DNA of 64,000 nt, from the NCBI RefSeq assembly GCF_030028105.1, contig NC_092398.1:16248182-16312181 (forward strand). The letters run 5' to 3'. This stretch comes from Mobula birostris (taxonomy: Eukaryota). This document shows, in pieces, positions 51,061 to 64,000 of this stretch. The translations under genes were made by a program, and so were the position numbers. The notes beneath the pieces are model-generated. The model was not told the origin of the DNA. It ran no database searches and saw nothing but the letters and a program-made list of their open reading frames with translations. Position 1 is the first letter of the stretch; the number at the start of each line of letters is the position of its first letter.

Positions 51061-51503
51061 CATAACTGAAGTCAGCTCGTTGTCATTTTCAGTCTGCAGA
51101 AATTCATATAGGAAATACAAGGGACACCTCTGTTGGGGATCCACCACCACAGAGAGAGTGGGGATGGTGAACAGCAAGAATGGATTAACAAGGACTGTTG
51201 GGGAACAGAAACACTGTCAGGGAGCAGCCGGGCTGAGTTGACTCCCTTCTGTACACTGTGGGTGTTGTAGATTCACTAGGTATCTGAGACAGAGTTTAAA
51301 GTAGAACTGATTTATTAGTCACAGATGCAGAATAAGAACATCAGATCCTATTAAACATCAACAGAAGAAATTCTTCCCATGCCCAGTGACCAGCTGTAGA
51401 ACTGAGTGCAGCAATAATTGCAAAATTCAACACCAAAAGTCACTTCTGAACATGCCTCTGGATTCAACTACTGTAATGCTTAAATATCAAGCACGCAGCT
51501 GAT

Positions 51504-52430
51504 TTAAACTTTTTCCTCGGTGCAAACTCAGTCTATCAGTGTGTCACAAAGAGGGATGAGTAAGTGAATCCCTTCCCATATTCAGAGCAGGTTGAATGGA
51601 TTCTCCCGTGTGTGAATTCATTGACGCAGCTTCAGTTCAAATGAATGAGTGAATCCCTTTGCATAATCTGAGAAGGTGAGTGGTTTCTCTCCAAGGTGAA
51701 CTCACTGGTATCTCTGTAGGTCAGATGAGCAAGTGAATCCCTTCCCACAGTCTGAAGAGGTGAATGGCCTCTCCCCAGTGTGAACTGACTGCTGACTCTG
51801 TAAATCAGATGACTGAGTGAATCTCTTCCTAGTCAAAACAGGTGAATGGCCTCTCCCCAGTATGACCGATGACCGAGTGAATCCCTTTTCACTTATAGAG
51901 CAGTTGAGAGGACTCTCCCTAGTGTGAACTCGCTGGTGTCTCTGTATGGTGGATAATTGTGTGAATCCCTTCTCACAGTCTGAGCAGGAGAAAGTCTCCT
52001 GTCCAGTATGAATTTGATGACGTACCTTCAGTTGAGATGACTGAGTGGGTCCCTTCCCACAGTCTGAACAAGTGAACAGCCTCTCCCCAAAGTGTCTCTG
52101 TAGGGCAGATTATTGAATAAATCCCTTCCCACAGTCTGAGCAGGTGAACAGCCTCCCCTCAGTGTAAACTCGCTGGCTGAATGAGTGAGTGAACCCTTCC
52201 CACACCACAGTTCTCCATGAATTTCCTGGCAATGCATCATGTCAGATGTCAGGCATAGTGAATCCCTTGCACAATAAATGCAGTTGAAGGACTGATCTCT
52301 TGTGAACTAATGCTGATGTGTTCTCAGTACATGGTCCCAGACAATTTTATTGAATTACAGAAGAAAACTTCATTTCACAGGCAAAGTATGTTCCCAGCTG
52401 GGGTGAAATAATTTGTGGTCTCCAAGTATC
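51504..52430 (-). pseudogene. C2H2 zinc-finger pseudogene, inverted paralog of 7574-8501
   Basis: Repeated HTGERPFT/CGKGFT units with frameshifts. The 5' part, 3' UTR, AATAAA (51311-51316) and downstream flank align with 7690-8990. Confidence 0.9.
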
Positions 52431-52564
52431 GATAACAGATATATTGACGTTACTACAGAAGTAACTGAAGTAGTGGTGACTATATGTATAATCAATATGA
52501 TGGAATAGTTCCATTGTTTACAGAAGGTTCTAAACACAAAATAATCTACAAATGCTGTTGTCAA

Positions 52565-52670
52565 AGGAACACTCACAATGTGCTGGAGGAACTCAGCAGG
52601 TCAGTCAGCATCAGTTGAAAAGATTAGTCAACGTTTCTAGCCAAAACCTTTCGTCAGGACTGAAGGAAGA
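52565..52670 (-). mobile_element. Penelope-like terminal repeat with hammerhead core (weak stem II)
   Basis: Reverse complement of 52626-52662 reads CAGTC CTGACGA AAGGTTTTGGCTA GAAA CGTT GACT. Confidence 0.75.
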
Positions 52671-53167
52671 ACTTTGGGGAGGTCAAGGTTCTAAAGGCCT
52701 AGTATCTCATAACATCAGTGCAGCTGTCTTTATCCCAGAATTTCAGGTGTTAGTAAAAGATTATCTAGTGATCTTTCAGCTTGTACTGTTGAAATGGCAG
52801 CAACCCTTCTTACCTTGCAGTGGATAGAGGATTTACAACATAACTGTGTTGTTATCTAGTCTGATTCCTTGGCCATACCGGTTTAAATGCCAGAAGACCA
52901 TCAGATATACTGTAGGATCAGAATTAGGTCATTTGGTCCATCGAGTTTACTCTGCCATTTCATCATGGCTGATCCATTTCCCTCTCAGTCATAATCTCCT
53001 GGCTTCCCTTCGTAACCCTTTAGGCCTTGACTAATAAAAAAATCTCTCAACGTCTGCCTTAAATCCCTTAGCCTCCACGGCTGCCTGTGGCAAGCAATTC
53101 CACACATTCACCACTGTCTGGCTAACAGTATTCCCCCTCATCTCCCTTCTAAATAGATGTCCCTCTA

Positions 53168-53530
53168 TTTTTTTTTACAAAACTATAAAAGTTTAATTTA
53201 CACAAGTACACAAAGTGAAAACATTCACTTTGAATTGACTCTGAAAATAGTCGATTCCAGGGAGCCCACTGCTCCGGGAAATCACCCACTGTACCCATTG
53301 TGACCGCATGCTCACTCTCCAACGACAGCCGGGCACAAATGTATCCTCAGAAGAGGGGCAGGCAGTCGGTCCTGGGAGACTTTCCGCCACCTGAACCTGT
53401 GAATGGCCATCTTGGCCAGGCCCAGGAGCAAGCCCACCAGTAGATCCTCCTCACTGAGGAGCATAGGGCTGAGGTACAAGCAGAACCTGAGCAGCAGCCC
53501 CTTCAGATACTTAAACAAGGATGCAACTAG
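53168..53530 (-). mobile_element. Tx1/L1-like LINE 3' end within a CR1 (52890-54220, -)
   Basis: LFKYLKGLLLRF..EDLLVGLLLGLAKMAIHR; poly(A) tail seen as a T-run at ~53168. Confidence 0.7.
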
Positions 53531-54937
53531 TCTTAAACTCCTCCAGGATAGGAAAATTTCTCATCATTTCTACTCTATCAAGGCCTTTTAACATTTGATA
53601 TCTTTTAATGTGGTTTTCTCATTCTTCAGCATTCTAGTAAGTAGAGACTCAGAACCATCAAAAGCTCTTCATATGCCAAGTTCCAATCACAGAATTATTT
53701 TTGAATCTTCTTCCAACCTCTAAATATCAGCACACCTTTTCTTAGATAACGGTCCCTCAACTGCTCACTGTACTCAGTGAGGCCTTACCGATGCTTTATA
53801 AAGTCTCAACATTGCATTCTTGCTTTTATATTCTATTTTTCTGAAATAAGTGCCAATATTGCATTTGCCTTCCTCACCACTGACTCAAACTGCAAATTAA
53901 CCTTTAGGAAATCCTGCACAATTTCTCACAAGGACGTCTGCACCTCAGATATTTTGATTTTTCCCCCATTTAGAAATAATCTATGCTTTTATTTTTTTTC
54001 TACGATAGTGCATAACCAAACACTTCCTGACACCATATTCAATCTGCTACTTCTTTGCCCATTCTCCTTATCTGTCTGTCCTTCTGCAGATAGTCTGCTT
54101 GTATCTCCACTTATCTTTGTATCATCCACAAACTTGGCACAAAGCCAACAATTGCATCATCCAGGTCATTGACATATAACGAGAGAAGCTGTCCTAATGC
54201 AGACACTTGTGGAACACTTGCCTCTTTATACATCTGAAGAAACTTTTGGTCTCCTCTTGATTATTATTGCTTAGTTTACCTTCGGATTCCATCATTATGA
54301 CTCTATTTCACTTGTGTTGTTTTTTAAAAGATTTCCGATCCTCTAACCCCACTAGTTTTTGCTCCATTATACGCCCTCTCTTTGCCTTTTTTTTATGTTG
54401 GCTCTGACTTCCCTTGTTCCCCTTTAAATTGCAAAAACTGCAGGCTAGACTCCATTCGCAGTTTGAAAAGAGTAACGCATTAGTAACCTGACGCGGTTCA
54501 TGCAATGACCGCGAACAGAAGCTGACAATCGATCTTTGAAAGAAATTGGCGAAATAAATCACCAGACACTGTTACAAAAATAGCTACACTTATGATAAAT
54601 GTGGCGGAATTCAGTAATGGTTGATTGGGGAGACGAATTCGACAAAGAGACCTGCAATGATTTGATTTTAGATAAGGTTTAAACAAAGGATTTTTGGCGG
54701 GCTGTTTCAAGTTTCAGTTTGTTTTGGGAGAGGAAGCGGTTATTTTCCGCGCTTCTGCTGTTGTCTCTTGATTGGTGAATAAGGCAGCTTTCCAATTGTT
54801 TTATTGGTTCTTTCAATGCGATTGGACTTAGTTGCACCAATCAGACACGTTCCGCTGCATTCCCCCAAAAGGTACAAGAAGGGCGAGGGCCCGATGCGAT
54901 TTCTCATTGTCTGTGAAGAATTACCGAGATTGTGAGT

Positions 54938-55318
<381 letters not shown>

Positions 55319-55348
55319 AACGACAGACTCTGAACCCAGTGACTCAAA

Positions 55349-55364
55349 GGCTCTTTTCAGAGCC
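55349..55364 (+). terminator. Histone 3' stem-loop (H2A), downstream element GAAAGGGCT at 55380-55388
   Basis: GGCTCTTTTCAGAGCC. Confidence 0.95.
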
Positions 55365-55959
55365 TCTCACAGTGCCTGTGAAAGGGCTGCTCTGCGGATA
55401 TCATGAGCGCGGGGGAAAGGGCTCAGTTTCGGTTTAGATTTTTGTGCTAATTTTTAAGCAGGGCGCATTAAAATGCCTTGCCGGTGCGAAACTGACAGGG
55501 TGAACGGTGGGTGCCCAGTCGGAGCTGGTTCCTTAGTTGACTATTAGAGTTGAATGTCTGCTTCGACTGCATCTATTATACACAGCGGTGCGATCGGCTT
55601 CATGCATGTCATCGATTTCAAGCAGACGCCTTTTCCAGAACAGCTACGGGCGGGTGGGGTGAATATAATCTCTGCCCGGGTACCGAAGTCTGTGATTGGC
55701 AGCCAGTCCGAAATCATCCGCTCCGAATATTTGGCTGTTATCTGGAATGGTTGAGGAAGTTAATTTTGCAGAAAGACGAAAATTATCGTAGCTTTACTTA
55801 CATTTATCTTCTAAACAAGCCGGTTTAGATGTGCGGTGGTTTACTGAATCGCGTTCGGAGCTGAGGGCGTTTTCTGCGGGAGTACAAACCGTGGGATCCC
55901 CCCCGCAGCGTGTTGTGAGTGTTGCTTTGACCCCAGCATCTGCAGAGTATTTTGTGTTA

Positions 55960-56668
55960 ATAATTGACTTATTCATGCGAGGAAAATATGCGCTGTGTGT
56001 TTAATATTAAATTCGTTAGATAAACCCATTTAGAAACGAAATTGAGTGTATTAGCCACTTATAAGTGACTTATAGTTGACTTATCACCTATATTCCGGTC
56101 GTGATTAACCTCCCCGCCCCCCCGGCCGGTCCGCAAGAATATTTTTTTTTCCAAAAATACTTTATTCAGAAATATTACAAAATAAAAATAATTACATACA
56201 AGAAAACCATTCGTTGACTGTGAGTCCTTATTCAATAGTTATTAACAGTAAAAATTTTGCGTTGACTCTCTGTTCATTTACAAATGAAAGATGTTTACAG
56301 TAAATCATGCGTTTACTCTCAACCCTTGGTCAAGAGTTAAGACTTATTAACAATCAAAATTTTCAACAATAAAGGCAGGCAATGGCTCTAATACTTTCCC
56401 AAATTAACAATTCCACCCACTCCTTGGGCACCATGTTGATTATCTGTCCACACCGCTGATGAGGGTAGGTCTCCTCCCCACCCAACCTCTCCCCCTCCTA
56501 CGGGTGATGAACGTTAAACTGTGGTCCTTCCCCACCGGGCCTTCGCGGTGGCTGCACCAAGTTTGAGTGCAGACGAGAGTGTGCCAGTCGGCAGCATTCA
56601 GTCACGGACACCGCAAGAATATTGTCAATATTAAACCGGTCCGCGGTACAAAATAGGGTGGGGACCCA
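55960..56668 (+). mobile_element. hAT Buster/Charlie right end, interrupted by a Tx1-like 3' end (56144-56610, -)
   Basis: Matches 32530-32752. The insert has poly(A), AATAAA and a 13-bp TSD CCGCAAGAATATT (56131-56143, 56611-56623). Confidence 0.85.
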
Positions 56669-56873
56669 ATAAACCCTGCTAATTGTATCACCCTGGGATG
56701 TATTTGGCCCATTCACATTATCCAATCAAAGCGTTAGATTGAAATGTTAACTCATTCGTCCAAATCTACCAATGAGAACCTAAACATTACGATTCTTCAT
56801 TAGCATAAGGCGGGGCGACACTTGCTATTTGTTCCGCGCCCCGAGTATTTCCATCTCTTACCGTGTCCGAAAT

Positions 56874-57413
56874 ATGCCGCGTAAATACGTGAGCTCCTGA
56901 AAGCTTCCATGAAGGGTGCCAAGAAAACCGCATTCAAAACGGGGAGGCGTCCGGTGGCGGGGAGTATACCCCTCAACAATGGTGTGGGAAGGTGAAACAA
57001 CGGAGTGCCACGTGGGTGGCTAAAAGTGTGCACCGTAATGGGAACATCTATAAATGACTGACAGCCATTGAATGATTTATTGTACATAATTTTATTTTTG
57101 AATAAAGTATATTTTGTTATAAAAACGTAAGAGGACGAGGAAGGAGAGTTGCTCTCCACTTATCTTTATCAGGTGATGAAGTAGGGTCACCGTCACATCG
57201 TCCAAGGCCATGAGTATCATGAATTCGTTCGTGAACGACATTTTTGAGCGCATCGCTGGCGAGGCTTCCCGTTTGGCTCATTATAACAAGCGATCGACCC
57301 TCGCCTCTCGGGAGATCCAGACCGCAGTGCACCTTCTGCCGCCCAGGGAGCCGGCCAAGCACGCCGAGTCGGAAGGGAGAAAAGCGGTAACCAAGTACAG
57401 CAGCTCTAAGTGA
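56874..57413 (+). pseudogene. H2B: Histone H2B pseudogene with a ~180-bp Tx1-like insertion (56942-57121)
   Basis: MP..KGAKKT [insert ending GAATAAAGTATATTTTG, flanked by AAAACG repeats] KRKRTRKES.., frameshifts, [35 protein letters not shown]. Confidence 0.93.
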
Positions 57414-57444
57414 GGGGACAGAGTGCTGATATGATAATGCCAAC

Positions 57445-57460
57445 GGCTCTTTTAAGAGCC
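57445..57460 (+). terminator. Histone 3' stem-loop (H2B pseudogene)
   Basis: GGCTCTTTTAAGAGCC. Confidence 0.95.
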
Positions 57461-57970
57461 ACTCAGTTTCCGCGGAAGAGTTGTACTAATGATTCGATTT
57501 TGGATCGCTACAAGCATCTCTTTGGAGCTTTTTACTCTTTAAGGTAATATTGTTTCTATAAATTTTCGATTGATCTATGCAATCCCGTTGTTCCCCCCCC
57601 CCCCCCCCACACACACTTCCGGCTCACTGCTCCGACACTTATGTCAGTTTGTCGCGATTCTCACATACAAAGTTTTACATATAGAGTGAATTGAGGTGAA
57701 GATGTTAGTTGTTGCTGTGAAAGCGATGTATTAACTGTAGTACTCCTGTGTTGTAAAGGGCAGGAATCGTATTTCAACTCGCGATCACTCAGTGTCCTTT
57801 TACAGAACCACTAACACTACAGTCTCTGCTCCGATTGCAGTTTGTAAGTGGTGACCTGTCTACAATCTGATGGGTTGTACAGCTTTTATTTCAATCGATT
57901 ACCAGTGGAAATGGGAAGTGAAGATTAATCTCAAATAATCTTGCATGATGAATTCTCACACGGTCTTTAT

Positions 57971-59526
57971 TGTAAGTGAGTGGGGACCCTGTTACGGTGA
58001 AGTCCTGTCCACATATTGTCAGTACCTCCAGTTGAACTCTGTCTTTTTGTGTATTCGCAATAGTAGTCAGTCTGTGGTTTTGTATTGCCAGGTGGTTCTG
58101 TCCCTGCTCCTGCTCTACTCCGGCCCCTATATTACTGAGTACTCTGTCTCTCATCTGCTTCTCATTATTACCAGTATTGCTGCCACCTGTGTCTCATTAT
58201 GTTCCACTTATCTTCTGCCTCTCTGTCTATTCCTCAGTGTATTTCAGTCCAGTGTTTTCACCTATTTGTTGCCAGATCGTGCCAGTGAATTTTCCTGAGC
58301 TTTTCCAGCTTTCGTATCTGTGCTCTGTCCATCTGAGTATCGACTCTGCCTGTTTCCCGATTCTGTTATTTGGATTTTTCTGGATGTTTTGATCTCTGCC
58401 TGAACTTTAATGCCAACTTTGTTGCCCCTCTGGATTTGCTACTCAGTAACTATCACAGTGCGCACAGTACTTGGTCTGCAATTAGGTCCCTGCTTCAGCG
58501 TCCTGACAGTGCAATCTGGCCAGAATGGATCCATCAGACCCCAGTCATCTGGAACTATCCTGGAACAAAAGGAGTTGATGCTGGTGTGACTCCAGAACCA
58601 GCTGGAGTCTACGTTCAGGGCAGCGGAGTCGCTTTCTGCCAACGTAGCCAATCTTGTGGCCTAGACTCAGTCACTCCAGCTGTCCCAGAGTGCCCATCAA
58701 GATTCTGTGACTGCATCTTCCACCCTGCCCTCTGCGTCCTCACATGCTCCTCCCGTCCAAGAGCCCCATCTGCCTCCTCTAGAAAAGTACTCAGGTGAGC
58801 CTGGTACCTGCTGCTCTTTTCTTTCCCAGTGCACCCTCACTTCTGAATTACAAAAAACATTTCTGACTGATCGAGCCAGGGTAGCCTACATCATCACCCA
58901 ACTGTCCGGTCAGGTGAGGGAATGGGGAACAGCCATCTGGGAGGCAGGCATCCCCTTTCTGCAGTAGTTCTCAGTTATTTTCTGAGGAGATGAGAGAGGT
59001 GTTTGATTGCTCCAAACATCAGAGAGAGGCTGCCCGTGAAATGCTGCACATGCACCAGGGGTGCAGATCTGAGTCAGATTATGCCATAGAGTTCTGGACA
59101 CTAGCTACCTCCAGCCGCTGGAACTTGGAGGCACAGTCCGACACCTTCCTGAACAGCCTCTCCAAAGACATCAAAGATAAGCTGGTCACCCAGGACTTAC
59201 CTGCCACTTTTGAAGCCCTGGTGGATTTGGCCATCCCTATTGATGTTCGCCTTCAGCAATGCCACAGAGGGAAGGGTTCCAGAGGGCCCCTGGGGCACTG
59301 GGTGAATTTTCCTGAGCCTTTCCAGCATTCGTGTCTGTACTCTGTCCATCTGAATATCGACTCTTCCTGTTTCCCATTTCTGGTTTTTGGATTTCTCTGG
59401 ATGTTTTGATCTCTGCCTGAACTTTGACACCAACTTTGTTGCCCCCTCTGGATTTGCTACCCAGTAAGTATCAGAGTGCACACAGTACTTGCTCTGAAAT
59501 CGGGTCCCTGCTTCAGCGTCCTGACA
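57971..59526 (+). mobile_element. gag: Ty3/Gypsy (sushi-like) LTR retrotransposon, internally deleted: 5' LTR, gag pseudogene, partial 3' LTR
   Basis: Direct repeat 58285-58508 / 59302-59526 ending CCTGACA. Gag runs from ATG 58525 with EPHLPPLEKYSGEP..FLSQC, ARVAYIITQLSG..EW and QG.RS..DYAIEF..LA. The 5' end is uncertain (TG at 57971 or 57990). Confidence 0.88.
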
Positions 59527-59896
59527 TATATCTGCATTTATTTTTGGACAAATAGAAGAAAATTATAATCTTGGAAGGCTTTTTGGGGACTGAGGTTAGC
59601 ATGGAGAATTTCCTTTTTGTCACCCATTCATTAGTGAATCGGTCTGCTTGCTACTGCTCAAAGTAGTACAGGCGAGCCCAAGATAACTTCCTCATTCGCT
59701 GTAAAATATCTGATATGGAGGAATGAAGGCATTCAGGGTGACTTTGAGCTGAGTTTTCACAATGTGCTCAGATAAAAGTTAATAGTTTATTTCAGGAAAG
59801 TGTCAAGACCTGGCTGGTTTGGCTTCTCTGCTCCAGGTACACTGACACACACTCCACAAGTCACCCCAGCTCAGCCCTTCCACAGACACTGTGAGG

Positions 59897-59912
59897 GGCT
59901 CTGAAAAGAGCC
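59897..59912 (-). terminator. Histone 3' stem-loop (H2A pseudogene)
   Basis: Minus-strand GGCTCTTTTCAGAGCC, followed by GGAAGGGCT. Confidence 0.95.
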
Positions 59913-59942
59913 TTTGTGTCATTGATCGATTATCTCACAGAT

Positions 59943-60341
59943 TCATTTGGCCTTTGGGTTGGTGCGTCCGTTGATTTTTTTTGGGCAACAAAATGGCCTG
60001 GATATTGGGCAGCACACTGCCCTGAGTGACAGTCACTCCTCCCAGCAGCTTGTTGAGCTCTTCATCATTGTGGACCGCCAGCTGCAGATGCCTGGGGATG
60101 ATGCAGGTCTTTTTGTTGTCCCAGGCCATGTTGCCGGCCAGCTCAAGAATTTCAGTTGTCAGATACTCGAGCACAGCAGCCAGATAGACCAGGGCTCCAG
60201 CACCCACCTGCTCAGCATAGTTACCCTTTCTCAGGAGCCTGTGAACAATGGCCCACCCACTGGGAACTGCAGTCCTGCCCTGGACGAATGAGACTTAGGC
60301 TTACTCTTAGCCTTACCACCAGTTTTAACTCGTCCACTCAT
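59943..60341 (-). pseudogene. H2A: Histone H2A pseudogene (frameshifted; different C-terminal type)
   Basis: [29 protein letters not shown], then a net +5 nt insertion. An extra A in the poly-A run near 59975; corrected end about [13 protein letters not shown]. Confidence 0.92.
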
Positions 60342-62179
60342 TCTTACAAAGTCCTTCATAGAAAACAAGGAAATCTTCCACCTTCACCCTTTTTCTAGAC
60401 TCTGGGGCAATGAGGAAGGATACTTATGATTGGTGGTGCAACGCTTTCTGAGATTGGTTATGTGGAATAACCCAATCAGCGAGCTGTCCGATTCTCCAAT
60501 GATCAGTGGCAGCAAGAGAAGCACAGAAAATGAATGTCAGTCACCAAAAACTCTGAAATTTGAAAAGCCTGCCAAAAAATAGTCTTAAAATATAAATCAG
60601 TTACAAATCTCTGTATGAATACGGATTCCCTGTGTGACCAGTCTGCTTGTATCTGTACAGAATGTAAATTAATTGTGCCATGACTGACTTCCGAATTGGT
60701 GGTTCTTTGTGAAAATGCATCAGCTTATGGAGGGGTCACTCTTCTCAAACTGGCCAGAACCACAGAAACAGCGACGTGAATGAATTTCAGCCTTGCCTGG
60801 AAGTGCTCATTCAGTCCCTGAGTGGTGGAGAAGGAAGAGGTGTAGCAGGTCCTGTGAGTGCAGGAGAAAGTGCCTGGGGCCAGGGTGAGATAGTTTGGTA
60901 GGATGAACGGACCAGAGAGTCACAGAGCGATTGGTCTCAGCAGAAAGTAGAAATGGATGGGGATCAGAAGATGTGGCTGGTGGTGGGATCTCACTGCAGC
61001 TGAAACGTTGACAATTCCTCAGCCCCCACAGAAACTGCTCAACCCACTCTGTTCCTCCAGCAGATTATTCACTGCTCCAGATCCCAGCATTGGCAGTGTC
61101 TGCCATCTCCAATTTCCTTTCTCAGGCTGTTACCAGAAAACTTAATAAGCAAGGCCCAATAGATGTGATATATTTAGGCTTTCCATTGAGTTTCTGTAAC
61201 AGAGTCAAAGACCATGGAAATAGGCCCTTGAACCAACTTGACCATTCCGTGTTGCCAGCAAGCTAGTCCCACCTGTCAATTTGGCCCACAGCCTCTAAAC
61301 CTTTCCTTTCCACCTACTTATCGAGATGTTTTTAAATGTCGTTCATGTGCCTGCCTCAACTACTATTTCTGGCAGCCATTCCAAACACACAGCAGCCTTT
61401 TCATGAAGAAACTGCTGCCTCAGAGGTCCCTTTTGTATCTCTCAACTCATCTGAAGCTATTAATCTCTTGTTAATTTGCTCACGTTCCCTGGAAAATAAA
61501 CTATGCACTTTTCCCTGTGTATGCCCCAGATGATCTTATATCAGTTCACCCCTAAGTTCCAGAGAATAAGTGAACACAACCCCTCACTGTAGATGATGCA
61601 TGAGAGAGTGCAAGAACAATCAAGAGAGGGTGAAACTTTTCATACCACTGGTGTTGCCATCGGAAAGATGGAACAGCTTTAGAAAGGGAAAAAGGAGATT
61701 TGACTGAAATGGACCCAGTCGTCAAAGACTTCAGTCTTGTTGTGGGCTCCAGAAGCTGGAGCTGTTCTCTTTTGAACAGAGGACACCATGTCAAGATCTA
61801 ATTAAGGTGACAGTGAATTGGAGCTGTCTCCAGGCATGGAAAGATTAGGAAGTAGGGGTTACTGAAGAAACGTCACTGGGAAAGGACAGGGAAATGTTGT
61901 TAGGGGAAACCTTCCCCAGTGAGTGTTGGGATGTGGAATGAATGGCCAGGGCTGGGAGTGATATTCAAAACAGAGCTGGATAAGGACCCGAAGGGGAACA
62001 GTTTTCAGGGAGTTGGGACAAGCAGAGAGTGAGACTGACTTGAGTGATCTTCAGACAGCCTGTAAAGACTGAGTGGGATGAAAGTGGCAGCACAGAGAGG
62101 TTTGAGAGTGAAGAAAATATATGGAACAGTTGCCTTCATCGCTGCTGCATAGACAATCAGAGCCGGCACTGGGTTGTAA

Positions 62180-62860
62180 ATTTTTAAAATATTGGTGAGG
62201 CCACAGCTGGAGCATTGAGTGCGGTTGTGGTCACCACCTGGTTACAAAAAGATGTGCTGGCATTGGAGAGGGTCCTGAGGAGTTTCACTAGAATTATATT
62301 GGGAATGAAAGGGTTATTGTGTGAGGAACATTTGATGGCTCTGGAATTACTCATTGGAGTTCGGAAAAATGAGGAGGAATCTTTTTCAACTCTATTAAAT
62401 ATTTTAAGGGCTAGATAGACTCTCTTCCATACATGCTGCCTGGTCTGCTGAATTCCTCCAGCATTTTGCATGTATTGCTCCAGATAGAGTGGATGTGCAG
62501 AGGATCTTCCCTATAATGGGGGGGGGGGCGGGGGCGGGGGGGGGAGGGGTGCCTAGAATCAAAAGCACAGCCTCAGAATAGCAGGACACCCATTTAGAGC
62601 AATGGTGTGGAGAAATTTATTCAACCAGTGGGTGTTGAACCTATGGAAATCATTGCAATAGATGTCCGTGGAGGAAAGTCATTGGGTATTTTCAAAGCTG
62701 AGGTTGATAGGTTTCTGATTGATAAGGGTGTCAAAGGTAGAAGGGATAAGGCAGGAGAAAGGAGTTGAGAGGTATAATAAATCAGCCATGATAGAAAGGC
62801 AGAGCAGAATTTATGGGCTGAATGGGTTAATTCTACTGATATATCTTACGGTCTTAGACA
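62180..62860 (+). mobile_element. Degenerate CR1 3' region with a short Penelope repeat inserted (~62418-62485)
   Basis: LVRPQLEH and KDVLALERVLRSFTR; CR1 3' UTR ending TCTTACGGTCTTA. Confidence 0.8.
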
Positions 62861-63420
62861 ACCCATTCACTGTACCTTACACAGACCTATAAAACACAAT
62901 CACTACCATTCCACACCTGGAAGTATTGATCAGTGTCTACCCTGTGCTGGGAGCTGTTATGTCCTATGTCTTTAATGTCTGCATTAAATTCCAGCTGCCA
63001 TTTTTCACCAGATTCCCCTGCAAGCCATGACAGCAGAGGTTATAAAATTATCTTGCTGGAAGTATGAGTGCAGACCTGTGCCTAGTGATGTACACAATGC
63101 TGCAGGGTCCATTACTATTTGTAATCCATACTGTTGCCAGAGGAAGGTATCTAAGTGACTGTCAGTCAAGAAAAGTGAATAGGCAGATTGTGTAGCGTAG
63201 CCATGTAGCTATTCCCCTCACTCTCCCCCACATTGGATACAGTTTCCAAACTGTTGAGAAGTGGGGGTGGGGAGGGAACCTACCAGGGGAAAGCCACAGC
63301 AACCAGGTTTCTGCCAATGTGTTTGGCTCTGTAGCTCAGAAGGGAAGGGAGAGAAGAGGAGAGCAGTGGTGATAGAGGATTCCATAGTTAGGGGAGCGGG
63401 TAGAAGATTCTGTGATCATA

Positions 63421-64000
63421 CATAAGGGGTTCTTCTTTCATGTTACTTGCTTAGGCGAATACAATGGCTTCTCTGTAGTGTTATAATAAAATGGCACCTT
63501 TAATGTTAACTGCTGATGTAAGGGGTTCTCTGTAGCAGCATGTTTGGGTTATAATTAGTGATAACGGGACTTGTATTCATTTGCTAACCAACTGGGACAG
63601 ATGTAATTCTTTCTTGTGTATCTGAAAGCTGTTGTTTGTGCAGGATTTGGTCAAAACGTGCCATGGGGATAAAGAGAGAAAATGCACACGAAGAGATGCT
63701 GTGAGTTGGCTAGCGGAGCGGACCCCGAGTGAAGACTTGGGACCCGCAGAGTTCGGAGGAAATTGACTGGTGGGCTAAGGATATTGCGTGAGCTCCAACG
63801 AGTTATTTGTGCATGAGCTGTCTAATTATTATTCTTGGCGCCTTTTTATTTTGGTTCTCTACTAATCCCAAAGTTCAAGTAAGAGTTATAAAGTGTAATA
63901 ATTGAATCACATATAGTGTACTGGCTGGTTATTGGACATCGTGGGGTACATCACACAGCATCTACACAAACTTGATCACACAGTTTGGCAGGGCCAAAGG
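63421..64000. mobile_element. LTR related to 15895-16594, inserted in a CR1 ORF1 remnant; runs off the window
   Basis: Shared blocks AAGGGGTT..ATGTTACT, GGACCCCGAG, GAGCTCCAACG, GGCGCCTTTT and CACACAGCATC.ACACAAAC; preceded by esterase-like AVVIEDSIVRG.GRRFC. Confidence 0.75.

Noticed and set aside
62518-62550. G-run with G-quadruplex potential
   Set aside because: Slippage expansion inside a dead CR1, with no functional context.

Overview
Repeat-rich vertebrate DNA, most likely a cartilaginous fish (shark/ray), inferred from the HE1-type V-SINE, the CR1/Rex-Babar/Penelope repertoire and the H1 type. The right half (38-60.5 kb) is a replication-dependent histone cluster. It has an intact but divergent H1 and an intact H3.2, plus three H2A and two H2B copies that are disrupted yet keep their 3' stem-loops; no H4 was found. 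One H2A has a solo LTR in its last codons, giving an open H2A-LTR chimeric ORF. Two decayed C2H2 zinc-finger genes (7.6-8.7 kb +, 51.3-52.4 kb -) belong to a duplicated cassette that also carries a probable ancient retroviral integrase relic. A separate class I-like endogenous retrovirus remnant (integrase + env) lies at 23.2-26.0 kb. Other elements include a gag-only Ty3/Gypsy element, further solo LTRs, nested hAT elements, Nimb/I-type and Tx1-type LINEs, an inverted duplicated RFX/CRE promoter module, and at least seven Penelope terminal repeats carrying minimal hammerhead ribozyme motifs. Boundaries of old repeats are approximate. All family assignments come from motif recognition by eye, with no database search.
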